A DNA stretch of 64,000 nucleotides, taken from contig OZ024742.1 in the NCBI GenBank assembly GCA_964016885.1, positions 246,698,001 through 246,762,000 on the forward strand, in the 5' to 3' direction. This DNA comes from Eledone cirrhosa (Eukaryota). Numbering within the stretch: the stretch's first letter is position 1; each line of letters begins with the position of its first letter. The position numbers and the translations under genes are program-made. The notes beneath the pieces were generated by a model. The model was not told the origin of the DNA. It saw nothing but the letters and a program-made list of their open reading frames with translations, and searched no databases. This document shows positions 52,927 to 64,000 of the stretch, piece after piece.

Positions 52927-55900
52927 ATGACCCTCCCAAAGTATAACAATATCGGTTTCAACACACGATTTCAGATAAAGAATCTTGCTAAACAAATTCA
53001 GAAACGAAATATCGTAAGCCTTAGCCAGGCTAACAAGATACTGAAAACCACCATGTTCTGTTGTCTACGAAAAACCATAACATCTCGCAACTACACTTCA
53101 TAAAAGAATGCGCCTCATCCCGAGTTTACACCAACACCATCAACACCGACGTTAGAAGATTACAACTTACCAAAAAACAAGCAGATAGGCTAAAACGAAC
53201 ATTAATTCTAAACATAAAAAAGAAGATCTATAGAGAATTAAGTCATCAAGAAAAACATAAGCGTAACCTAATACAAGAAATAGCTAGGATCACCACACCA
53301 AGAGAGAAACTAATATTTATAAGCCTTATACGCCCTGAAGAACAGTACATTACTCAAGAATGTGATAAGCACTTTAACAAGAAACTGAAGTGGCTTAAGC
53401 AGATAAAGCTAAATCAGGATACTATAGAGAATACCAATAGATATCCCGACAAAATTGACGGTATAAATATGGCCGACACCTCATTAACAGAAGAGTTCAA
53501 CAACAACAATAACACAAATATATATGGTAACACAAGAATAGATAACGATGAGATGTCTGTGTTATGTTTACCCCCGAAATTTGCGACATTCAAGAAGGTA
53601 AATATGATTAGTTGTCTGTCACAAATAGAAAAATCATTTACAAAACTACGCTGGAGCCTCAAAAACAAAAACAAAAACAAAAGCAACAATATACGCACAC
53701 ACATATACAACACACATCCCAACAACAACAGACACACAGACACAAACAACAATAACAACAACACACACACCAACAACAACAACAATAACAACATACCCAG
53801 AAACAACAACAACAGACACGCAGACACAAACAACAATAACAACACACACAACAACAATAACACACACGGAGACAACAACAACACACATCAACAACAGCAC
53901 ACATCAACAACAACAACACACACACATTCAATGCCTCTCACCACCACCACAATCTTAACAAACACACAGACACAGAAAACAAGTAATGACAGTAGCACAG
54001 AAATCATAGAAATAAGGGAAAGTAATAGGATTAAAAAGAGAAGGGAGACTAAGGACAAAGAGAATAACCAAGACGAACACACAGACACACAAAATACGGT
54101 AGATAACAACAATGAGCCAGTGGAAAGAGACAGGAGTAATTGTGAGAGACATAGAAACAACCATGAGGCTGTTGGTGGAAATAGAAATAGAAACAACACA
54201 ACTAACAATAACAATAGCACTAGTACACATAAAGCAGCAGCCTGGAACTCTACGTTTTATAATCCCTCCGATAAATCATTCGACCTGCGACGAGTCCACG
54301 CCACGACTTTACCATTTAACAAACGCACGCAATTGCCGTCGCAGGTCGATGAACAAACAGAAGCACAATTTAGTATAGCTAGATCCGAACTTAGAAATAT
54401 TATAGAATAGTATAGCAAGAAGCATAATAGAATGGAGGCCCAGCAACTGGGAGAAAAATCTGCAAATGGCTTGCGTAAGCTCATGCAGCGCTCACGTAAT
54501 GGAGAAATAGCATGCTTTCCAACAGACAAGTCTGGCAGAATGTCGGTTGACAGCCTGCCAAACTACATCCAGGCAATGCAACCCCACATCACTAACACAA
54601 GAGAGGTAACACCACAGGAGCATGAGGATAGAGAAAAAGGCCTCAATGCCCATATGGTGATGTGGACGAATATAATGCAGCCCAACAAAAGGACTGCCAA
54701 CAACTTCCAGGCCTGGAACAATGACGTGCCGGCGTTGTATGGGCTTCGAAAAAACCATAAAACGGGCTGTGACCCTGTCGCGGGACCACCAACACGGCCA
54801 GTCTGTGGAGCTAACATTGCTAGTAACTACAGACTGTCCTACTTCCTCTCCCTGATCATACGCCCCATCATTGAAATGTCCCCAGATGTATGTGACAGCA
54901 CGGAGGACCTCCTCAGCAGAATCGGCGTGAGTAACCGATCTGGGGACCTAACAAACTGCATAATAGGCAGTATGGATGTTGTGTCCCTGTATCCATCTAT
55001 TGACGTGGATTTTGCTGTGGAGAAATGCATAGAAATGATCAGTGAGAGCAAGGTTGAGTTCCGTGGGATTGATACCAGTGAGCTGGGACTCCTACTTAAG
55101 CTTACCTATAGTAATAATTACCTAGACACATATGACCTTAGCAACCTGTGCCCTACAAGACCAGCAAGAGGCAGACCACCTACCATTACCTCAATGGCCA
55201 AGAAAACCCACACAGATAGATGGAACGGGTGGACCAGAGCCATACGGACACCCGAAAACCACGATGAACTGAAGAAAATGATTGCACATGCGGTAGGGGC
55301 CAGCATAAAACTAACCCTTAAGGAACATATGTTCAAATTTAATGGAAAAACATATGCCCAAGAGGAAGGAGCAGCCATTGGTGTTAGCATTGCAGGCGAC
55401 ATAACTAACTTATTCATGGTATGGTGGGACAGTAGACTTAAACTTAAACTTAAAGAACAATTAGAAGACCCCTTAACCCTGATAATGTACTCCCGCTACG
55501 TAGATGATATAAACATCGTAGTTAAGACACCCCCACTAGAGAACAGTCAGGAACTAGAGAAAAACACAATGGAAAGCATCCAGCAAATAGCAAACTCCAT
55601 CCACCAGAGCATTAGAGTTACTATAGACTACCCAAGTAAACACCCCAACCATCGATTAACTGTACTAGACACAGAGCTCTGGTTAGATACCATTAACAAC
55701 AAAAAACAAATCCTCCATTCCCATTATGCCAAACCCATGACTTCCAAACATCTGATCCACCGAAACTCGGTCGTTTCGGACCATACCAAAATCAACATAC
55801 TGATTGCGGATTTGGTACGGGTGATGAGAAATGTGTCCCGCATGTGCAACCCCGAAGAACTAGAGAGACACATACAACACTTCATCCACCGTATGCAGTT

Positions 55901-56628
55901 CTCTGGCTACAATCAGAGAGATAAAATCAGAGTGTATAGAGGAGCCAGAACCAAATGGGAAAAAAATGGGAAATAATGACATAAATGGGACCTGCCCCTT
56001 GTATAGGAGCAAATTTTGGAATAGAATAGAAAGAACTAGGAACAAGGCTAATAGAATAAACTCATGGTATGATAGCAATAAATACCAGAGTGTAATGTTC
56101 ATCGATACAACCCCTAGAGGTGAATTAGCTTACAAATTTAGAAGGGCCCTAAATATACATAAACTCAATATTAAGATAGTAGAAAGACCAGGTACCTCCG
56201 TAAAAACACTTATTAGCAAGACATACCCTTTTCAAAGACCATCATGTATAGATAAGAAATGTATAACCTGTAAAATAAGCCCCCATATTAACTGTAAAAC
56301 TAGAAATGTAGTGTATAGCATAAGATGTACTGAAGGACAATGTAGAGACAAAAATATAGTGTACATAGGTGAGACAGCGCGTAGTGTAGGGGAACGGATA
56401 AATGAACACTGGCGAGACCTTCAAGATAATAAAGAATCATCTGTACTCTACCAACATGCTAAAATAGAACACAAGAGTAAATTAGAGAACATAGAAATAA
56501 AAATAGAATCTACTCACAGAAAAGACGCAATGTTTAGACAAATTACAGAGGCAATAAACATAAAAGAATTACAACCAAAATTCAATAGAAAATATGAGTG
56601 GAACAGCAAAATCACAACTTACAATTAA
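52927..56628 (+). pseudogene. PLE RT-GIY-YIG ORF with three lesions
   Basis: ATG 52927 lies in the pLTR; frameshift ~53055; in-frame TAG 54408-54410; +1 shift in an A-run ~55960. Motifs: PTDKSG, LYGLRK.HK, PTRPV, SMDVVSLYPSI, GAAIG, RYVDDI, VLD, CxxxxCxxC linker, NVVYSIRC...C...YIGET.R...RINEH. Confidence 0.9.
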
Positions 56629-56786
56629 GGACAAAATGAAAACACACATACACATAGAACAAACAACCAACCAGTAACATGTAAATAAACAAATAAATAA
56701 ATAAATAAATGAACATAAACACACACAGAAACAAAATGGCGTAGGACAGAACAAAGGAGAGGCACAGAAACAAAGAAAGGAATCCC

Positions 56787-56831
56787 AGTCACTGAAGAGG
56801 TCACAGAGTGTGTGACGAAAGAACTATGACT
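56787..56831 (+). ncRNA. Hammerhead in 3' pLTR (F5)
   Basis: Identical to 52752-52796. Confidence 0.85.
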
Positions 56832-57054
56832 ATATATAAACAACTATCTGGTTGTGGAACCAACCAACCAACCAGAAATTTATAAATTTATAAATTTATT
56901 ATAAATTTATTATAATAAATTGAAGTGAAAGCAACTGGTGCGTGTGTTTCTTATTGGCAACATGACCCTCCCAAAGTATAACAATATATATATATATGCA
57001 TGTATGTATTCATGCATATATGTATGTATGTCAGGTATGTATGTCAGGTAACAT

Positions 57055-57290
57055 GTATCCCAGTACAACCTGTCTCATGGTCGGGTCGTTGGCGACTAAA
57101 CTGGCAACCCCCCAAGGTTTCTTGGTGAGGAGGGTGACTTTGGACATCCTGCAGGACTAAAAACAAAACCTGTCAAAGGGCAAAGGAGCTCTTAAGAGTC
57201 AATGGCCATCCAAAATCACCGGGAGAGATGACCCCTTAGCCTTTGTCAAGGCAGAATTCTAGGAGAAGGAAAACTCTGATATAACACCTG
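57055..57290 (+). mobile_element. Probable RTE 5' UTR fragment
   Basis: TAGCCTTTGTCA.GGCA...TCTAGGAGAAG shared with 63940-63980; resembles RTE leaders (inference). Confidence 0.45.
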
Positions 57291-57672
57291 CAACCCTGAT
57301 GGTATCCAATGATGTTGGCTTGTTCTTCTTTTTGGTAAATATCATCTTGGTTAAGAGAGTGGGACTGGCTGTGTGCAGTGCCTTTGCTCACTATAAAAGT
57401 TTCACGGCACAGGCATTGCTTTATATCTGGAGATCTCTCTGCACTTGTCGTCACATGGTAACATGGGCCCAGCACTATGTGTCAATAATTGTCACAAGTG
57501 TAGTGTTTGTACCAGAGTTTTCAAGTCGCTGGCTGGACTAAAAAGTCACACTCGTTCAGCGCATCGGTAGGGGTTCTCCTACATGGATATAAAGTAGTGG
57601 CCGTACTCGAAAACGAGTTGGCAGCCACCATGTATGTATGTATGTATGTATGTATGTATGTATGTATGTATG

Positions 57673-57705
<33 letters not shown>

Positions 57706-57769
57706 GATGGTGTAGTTTGCTTGAAGCATTGAGGAAAATGAAAATGAAAAGTGGTTATGTTTAGAAAGA

Positions 57770-58275
57770 TGGTGTTGGTGACAGCATTAATCGTGAAGAT
57801 GGTTGAGGTAGTGAAATGTGGTTGAGGTAGTGAAGGTGGTTGAGGGTGTTGGAGGTGTTGGGGTGCTGTAGGTGGTGGTGGTGTAAGTGGCGGCGGTTAT
57901 TGGTGGGCTTGTTGGTGGTGGATGTAGTGAAGGTTGTGGAGGTAGTGGAGGCGTTGCAGGTGGTGGTGGTAGAGGTGGTAGAAGTGGTGAAGGAGGTAAA
58001 GTTGGTGATGGTGATTGAGGTGGTGGTGGTCATGGATGGGGTAGGTTGATTCAGTAGTTGAGATGGTGGAGGTAATGGAGGTGGTAGAAGTGGTGGGTAG
58101 GTTGTGGTTGTGCTATAGGTGGTGGATGTAGTGGAGGTTGCGGTGGTGGTGGAGGTTGGTTGAGGTGATAAAGATGGTGGAGGTAGAAGAAATGATGGAG
58201 GTTGTGGTGGCAGTTGAAGTAGTGGAGGTGGTAGATGCGGTGGTGGTGTTAAGTGGAGGAGGTGGATATGATGGG
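57770..58275. repeat. (GGT)-rich low-complexity tract
   Basis: Seen directly. Confidence 0.85.
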
Positions 58276-58524
58276 GATAGTATCTATTATGAGAAAGGAT
58301 GTTACCATTCATGTTTACACCCCTATCATATAATGGTTCCTCCCGTAATGAAGTGATTTGATATTAAAGAGAAATTAAGGAACATTCTACAGACTTTATG
58401 GTCCAGCTAATACGTGTCTCAACAAACAGAATGCTGCTCCGTACTTGGCTATCTCTCTCACATACACCAAACGCCTCATTTAATCACATAATATCGAATG
58501 TAATATATACACAGGGAGGGTGTG

Positions 58525-59190
58525 GGGTTTGTAGTATCGGCCCTTTACGATCTGAGTTCAAATCCTGCCAAGGTTGGTTTTGCCTTTCATCCTTACGGGG
58601 TTGTAAAATAAAGTACCAGTAATGCACTGAGGTCGATTTAGCCGACTTTCCTCCCCGCAAAGTTGGGGCCTTGTGCTTAAATTAGAAACCAATTCACTGG
58701 GCATTCACTGTATGGAAGGCGCTTGTACATGTGGTTAGAGTGTTGGTCACTCTGATCGTAAGAATGTGGGTTTCATCCGTGGACTGGACAGCACGTTTTG
58801 TTCTTGAGCAAATCATTTCATTTCACTCAATCAAAATAAGCGTCATCAGCAGCTGGGGTGATTATGTGATGGAACAAAAGGGAAAGTCGATTAAATCGAC
58901 CCCAGTGCATTACTGGTGCTTTATTTTATCGACCCCGTAAGGATGAAAGGCAAAGCTAACTTCGGCGTGACTCTATGCTGCGAAGCCTGGTGCCCGACTC
59001 TTTACCGATACTGCGAATCCACCACCCTATAATATAATAATAATAATAATAATAATAATTTCTTTATTGGCCACAAGGACCGACATATAGGGGATAATAC
59101 AAAGACATAGACAGTGGAAGTTTGACCGTAACTCAATGCTGCAAAGCATGGTGACCGACGCTCTACCGAAACTACCAATCCACCGCCCCC
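58525..59190. mobile_element. Cluster of partial SINE copies on both strands
   Basis: 58525-58690 (+), 58880-59025 (-), 59120-59188 (-). Confidence 0.7.
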
Positions 59191-59612
59191 AGATAATTCC
59201 ACAAAATAAGTTTGATCTAATACATGCCAGCATGAACAAACGACTGTAAAACAGATAAAATAAATACATAAAGAAATATATACACTAGCAATATATATAA
59301 AATATAATTTTTTCAGACATTGGTAATCTTATAAAAAAGGGGCAATTTTAGATTTTAAGCCTGTAGCTAAAAGTGTAAACAGCAGTTAACTTAAGAAACA
59401 TTTCTAATTTTCCAAATGCTTACACTTCTATAGCTACAGGCTTAACAATTATCTTAAAAAGTGTGGAATTAGTGATCAGCGACTCTTTAGCGTTGTGATT
59501 AATGCACTCACAGTGCATACAAGAGATGCACAGTTCGATTTCTCGCAGAGCATCCTCCCACCTTTCTCCGTCTCTAAGAGTATTTTACCTGATTTTCTCA
59601 ACTATTTGATGT

Positions 59613-59658
<46 letters not shown>

Positions 59659-59992
59659 CATAATTATCTGGTTGAGCTTGCTCGGACATATATATATATA
59701 TATATTTAGTTATGTAATAAACAACATAAGATAATTATTTCATTATCTTATGTTGTTTATTACATAACTAATAAGCTCTGTAACCTACATAGAGCACTCT
59801 TTTTTCCTGGACCTTTCCGACGGAATTACTTCATTCACACACATACAAAGATATATATATATATATATATGTGTGTGTGTATATATGTTTATATATACGT
59901 GAATAAGACCGTTTTGCTCCTACCAGTCTATTCACCATCAATAACTACCCTTACATACACATACAATACATATATATATATATATACACTAT

Positions 59993-60027
<35 letters not shown>

Positions 60028-60284
60028 AATTTGCATATGGATATATGCAAATATGCGCCACGCAAAATGTAGAGAGGCTCTAGTCTATTTTCATATCAAT
60101 ACTGCTTGAGCGATTGTTGAGATTAACAAATCTTGAAACAGCTGTCTGACATTCTCAAAGGCTATATATCACTAGAAGATAAGATAATCTTTTCACAAGG
60201 AAAAATTATATTTTCTTTAATAGCGAGGCTGCCATAAGTCTATTGTATATAGTATAAGCTTTCATATAGACTCCTATTATGCTT

Positions 60285-60470
60285 GGTGAATTGGCGGTAT
60301 CGGTAGAGGGTCGGACGCCATGCTTTGACGCATAGAGTTACGGCCCTTGCCATTCTGAGTTCAAATCCCGCCCAGGGTAACGTTGCCATTCATCTTACAG
60401 GGTCGATAAAATAAAGTACCAGTAATGTACTGGGTATTTGCTGGCCTTGTGCCAATAGTAGAAACAATTA
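60285..60470 (+). mobile_element. tRNA-derived SINE
   Basis: TGGCGGTATCGGTAGAG...GTTCAAATCC...GCTGGCCTTGTGCC. Confidence 0.82.
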
Positions 60471-60844
60471 TGCTTAACGACACACACCCACACCCACATA
60501 TATATAAATATAAATAGGAACCAGTAAGACCCGGACAGCTGAGCTCAAGCCGTTTCGACGGCTAATTCTGGACTCAAATATAAATATAGATATATTTATA
60601 TATATTTATATATAAAAACATATATATATATATCGGAGAATAATCGTTTTAACCCATCCATTTAACAAATTCTCTATTTGAACTTCCCCCACCCACATAC
60701 ACACTATCAAACAGACACACATATGCATACAATCACACACATTTATGTACATATATATATACAATATAATTATGCATATATTTATGTACATACCCGAAAA
60801 AGCGTCCACATATACCACTCTAACACATGCGTACAGGCACTCAC

Positions 60845-60884
<40 letters not shown>

Positions 60885-61063
60885 TATATATATATATATT
60901 TGTGTATATCTATATATATTTGTGTGTATATATATATATATATATATAGGTACATATATATGTATATAAATATATATACATATGCAACAAATTAATTAGC
61001 TAAAACCATATTCATATATGTATAAGGCATATTTATAGTTACATGCTTGTATAAGTATTTATA

Positions 61064-61107
<44 letters not shown>

Positions 61108-61336
61108 AATATATATGTGTGTGTGTGTGTGTGTGTATATACATATATACAAGATGCATACATACTTACATACATGCATACATCCATGCATCCATCCATC
61201 CATCCATACACTTATACATAGATACATACATACCTATGTGTTAATATAAGGTGGTATAATAAGATAAAAAAAATGACGAATAAAGCAAACGCAAACTCAC
61301 ACAGACACATACAGAGGTACATATCCAAACACAGCT

Positions 61337-61422
<86 letters not shown>

Positions 61423-62138
61423 ACACACACACACACACACGAAAGGATGGAGAAATCTTTGTATAAAAAGACGTGCGAGTAGATAGATATAACTTCGAGG
61501 AATTTGTGTTTCGTTAAAGACAACACTTGTGCCAGTTGGGAGCACTTGAGCGCTCCCAAACTAGATTCTTGTACAAGATTTACAACTCAATCCCATTATC
61601 GGAAGAGATAAGTCAACATGGCTGTCAGGAACGCCATGTCGAAATTATCGCTTATCACTTGAACGTATCTGAGTTAACGGCAGATAGCTTGGTCATAACA
61701 TGGCCGACATCTTTGTTTCAATGTTGAACGTTGAATGGTATATATCGTGTGGTTGTGTATAGTGAATATTGGTGTGTATAATGGTGTAGAGTGTATGATG
61801 CAAACGGTGTGCCGATGTGTGTGGTGAATATATCGATGGAGGTGGTGGGGAAATTTTACCTACAGACGTAGCTTAATATATTTAGGTAGATTATTTAGTT
61901 AGACACACACACAGATACACATACACAAACACACACACACACGCACACACACACACGCGAAAGCACACACACATACTCACATACATTAGGTTACTCTCAA
62001 ACACATATACATACACATTCTATTACGCTCAAATGTATACACAAATATATATTTATATCTATATACTTGGTAAACACACCTCTGTGCTAATGTGTCATGT
62101 TGTACCCCGTTACCGAATGCAGCAGTCGATATCTCATC

Positions 62139-62243
<105 letters not shown>

Positions 62244-62361
62244 TACACACACATACACACACACACATACACACACACATACATACACACATATATATAA
62301 ATATTAAAAACAACAACAGAAGGTCGGATTGGAAGCTTTATAAATGTTTATTCCACTAAAG

Positions 62362-62430
62362 CACTATACATATTTCAATGAGCCAACTTCTTCTGAATAC
62401 GATGCATGACTCAGGCGATTTCATCAGGTG
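62362..62430 (-). ncRNA. Hammerhead (UAUGUA loop-III type)
   Basis: CAC-CUGAUGA-AAUCGCC...GGCUCAUU-GAAA-UAUGUA-UA-GUG. Confidence 0.6.
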
Positions 62431-62887
62431 TTAATTGCAGAATTAGTTATATAAGAGAACAGGATTTTGGCGAACACATACAGAGACTAAGAAATAGAAA
62501 ATAGGAGAAGGATTTCAATTCGGGGATGGCTCTCTGATTCCGTGTTATTCTAACGGCATGACATCGTTTACTAACCGGAATCACCAGTTTCACACTTTGA
62601 AAACAATATATCATAAATGGTATATATCTTTCTATCCATCTCCCCATCATTCTAATCGACATTTTCCTGTCCTCCTCCTCTCCCCCCTCTCTCTATAATA
62701 CCCTCATTCTAATCTCTCATTCTCCCTCTCTCTCTCACGCTCTCAGTTCGATTTATGGTTATATCTCCACCCCCACTTCACCCCCACCCCTCCACACACA
62801 CACACCAGAAAAAGATTACTATGCAAATGGTATACGGTTAGTAACGGCTACTTTTCGCGCTGAGAATTCTCAAGTTTTACGAATATT

Positions 62888-62934
<47 letters not shown>

Positions 62935-63030
62935 ACACACATACACACACAAACACACACACACACACACACTTATATATATATGTATATATATGAAATG
63001 TTAAGTGTTACTTTTACATAATAGTTTCAT

Positions 63031-63108
63031 AGCATTATATATATTTCAATGACATGGTTATGCAAAGGTTATGCCATTAACAGAATCCATGTGATAGCAT
63101 CAGATGCT
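63031..63108 (-). ncRNA. Hammerhead with A9C change (UAUAUA loop III)
   Basis: AGCAU-CUGAUGC-U-AUCACAUGG...CCAUGUCAU-U-GAAA-UAUAUA-UA-AUGCU. Confidence 0.65.
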
Positions 63109-63287
63109 CATACATTTATGAGGTGTATTTATGCAAGTATACAGATACGCCGTCGGTAACGTATCACCATCTCAGTGTGATACACTACTGACGTGAAGTG
63201 AATTTGTACTGTTTAAATCGGTTACAGCGTAACCGCGGCGTTACAGCGTCACCGCTATGAATAAGCACCATGACTATTTGCACTGCA

Positions 63288-63331
<44 letters not shown>

Positions 63332-63458
63332 AAAGTTCTATTTAAAATTGTTGGGATACAACAAGTAAATATTTTTTAACTGATATAAAGCACACGACAA
63401 ATTTTTGGAGTAGATATACGATATTAATAAATGGAAACTATATTTATAAAACCATATT

Positions 63459-63523
63459 TATTTCATTATACATATTTCAGGGATACCACATTAAATTATG
63501 GTATGCCTTCATCAGACAAAATA
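63459..63523 (-). ncRNA. Type I hammerhead (mirror of 63668-63732)
   Basis: Exact reverse complement. Confidence 0.8.
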
Positions 63524-63667
63524 CAATATATAACAGTTTTACAAATAGGTTTGACGTACCCTTTAAAATACAACCATTACTTTTGGAGGCTGTCTGGATA
63601 GCCTCCAAAAGTAATGGTTGTATTTTAAAGGGTACGTCAAACCTATTTGTAAAACTGTTATATATTG

Positions 63668-63732
63668 TATTTTGTCTGATGAAGGCATACCATAATTTAA
63701 TGTGGTATCCCTGAAATATGTATAATGAAATA
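63668..63732 (+). ncRNA. Type I hammerhead (UAUGUA loop III)
   Basis: UAUUUUGU-CUGAUGA-AGG-C-AUACCA...UGGUAU-C-CCU-GAAA-UAUGUA-UA-AUGAAAUA; canonical core, AUA site. Confidence 0.82.
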
Positions 63733-63780
63733 AATATGGTTTTATAAATATAGTTTCCATTTATTAATATCGTATATATA

Positions 63781-63816
<36 letters not shown>

Positions 63817-64000
63817 TGTATGTATGTATGTATGTATGTATGTATGTATGTATGTATGTATGTTTATAATATGCGCGGGGACATAGAAATAGTCGGGCTG
63901 GACACCCGATCGCGAGGATAAACCACTGGGAGTGAAGGGTCCCTAGCCTTTGTCAGGGCATTCTTCTAGGAGAAGACAACTCAGGAAACTGGGATAACTC

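Larger units (their letters stand above)
52683..56987 (+). mobile_element. Penelope-like retroelement (C-terminal GIY-YIG) with pseudo-LTRs
   Basis: Direct repeats 52683-52952 and 56719-56987 (two differences seen) flank an RT-EN ORF; ends in (TA)n. Confidence 0.95.
63414..63777. repeat. Near-perfect fold-back with ~180-bp arms and almost no spacer
   Basis: Arms are reverse complementary about a centre near 63595. Confidence 0.95.

Noticed and set aside
55955-55976. GGGAAAA slippery site as a programmed frameshift between RT and EN
   Set aside because: The heptamer implies -1 but +1 is needed; a single extra A in a homopolymer is simpler
52927-56628. Naiad-type or selenoprotein-encoding PLE
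   Set aside because: The endonuclease is C-terminal and the internal stop is TAG, not TGA at a Cys position
57090-57140. Twister-ribozyme-like fragments (TAA...CCCAAG...GAGGAGGG)
   Set aside because: Lacks the UAACNCCGCC and GUCCCAAGC elements and the matching pseudoknot pairs
59355-59772. Small hairpins at 59355-59447 and 59707-59771
   Set aside because: Real inverted repeats, but no ribozyme core or identifiable element

Overview
AT-rich, microsatellite-dense eukaryotic non-genic or intronic DNA. The tRNA-derived SINE family and the (TA)n/(CA)n/(ATGT)n landscape suggest a cephalopod (Octopus-like) genome; this is inference only. No host protein-coding gene could be recognised. The window is a pile-up of mobile elements: an intact R4/Dong-type RT-REL retrotransposon (ORF 30384-33776); a second, internally deleted R4/Dong family; a near-complete Penelope-like element (RT plus C-terminal GIY-YIG, pseudo-LTRs, 52683-56987); decayed RTE, CRE, L1/Tx1 and mariner copies; Helitron ends; and SINEs. 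The main signal that ORFs do not explain is about 30 type-I hammerhead ribozyme motifs (intact, variant, decayed or half) from about 13 or more unrelated sequence families, all folded by eye. They lie in Penelope pseudo-LTRs, in fold-back (inverted) insertions in (TA)n tracts, and in short non-coding terminally redundant units of about 319, 448 and 648 nt that look like retrozymes or non-autonomous PLEs. Core variants include a compensatory U3-A8 pair, A4, Y.U at 10.1/11.1, and a 77-nt loop-II insert. One non-coding unit is fused head-to-head to the autonomous PLE inside a single (TA)n site. Repeat boundaries are approximate.
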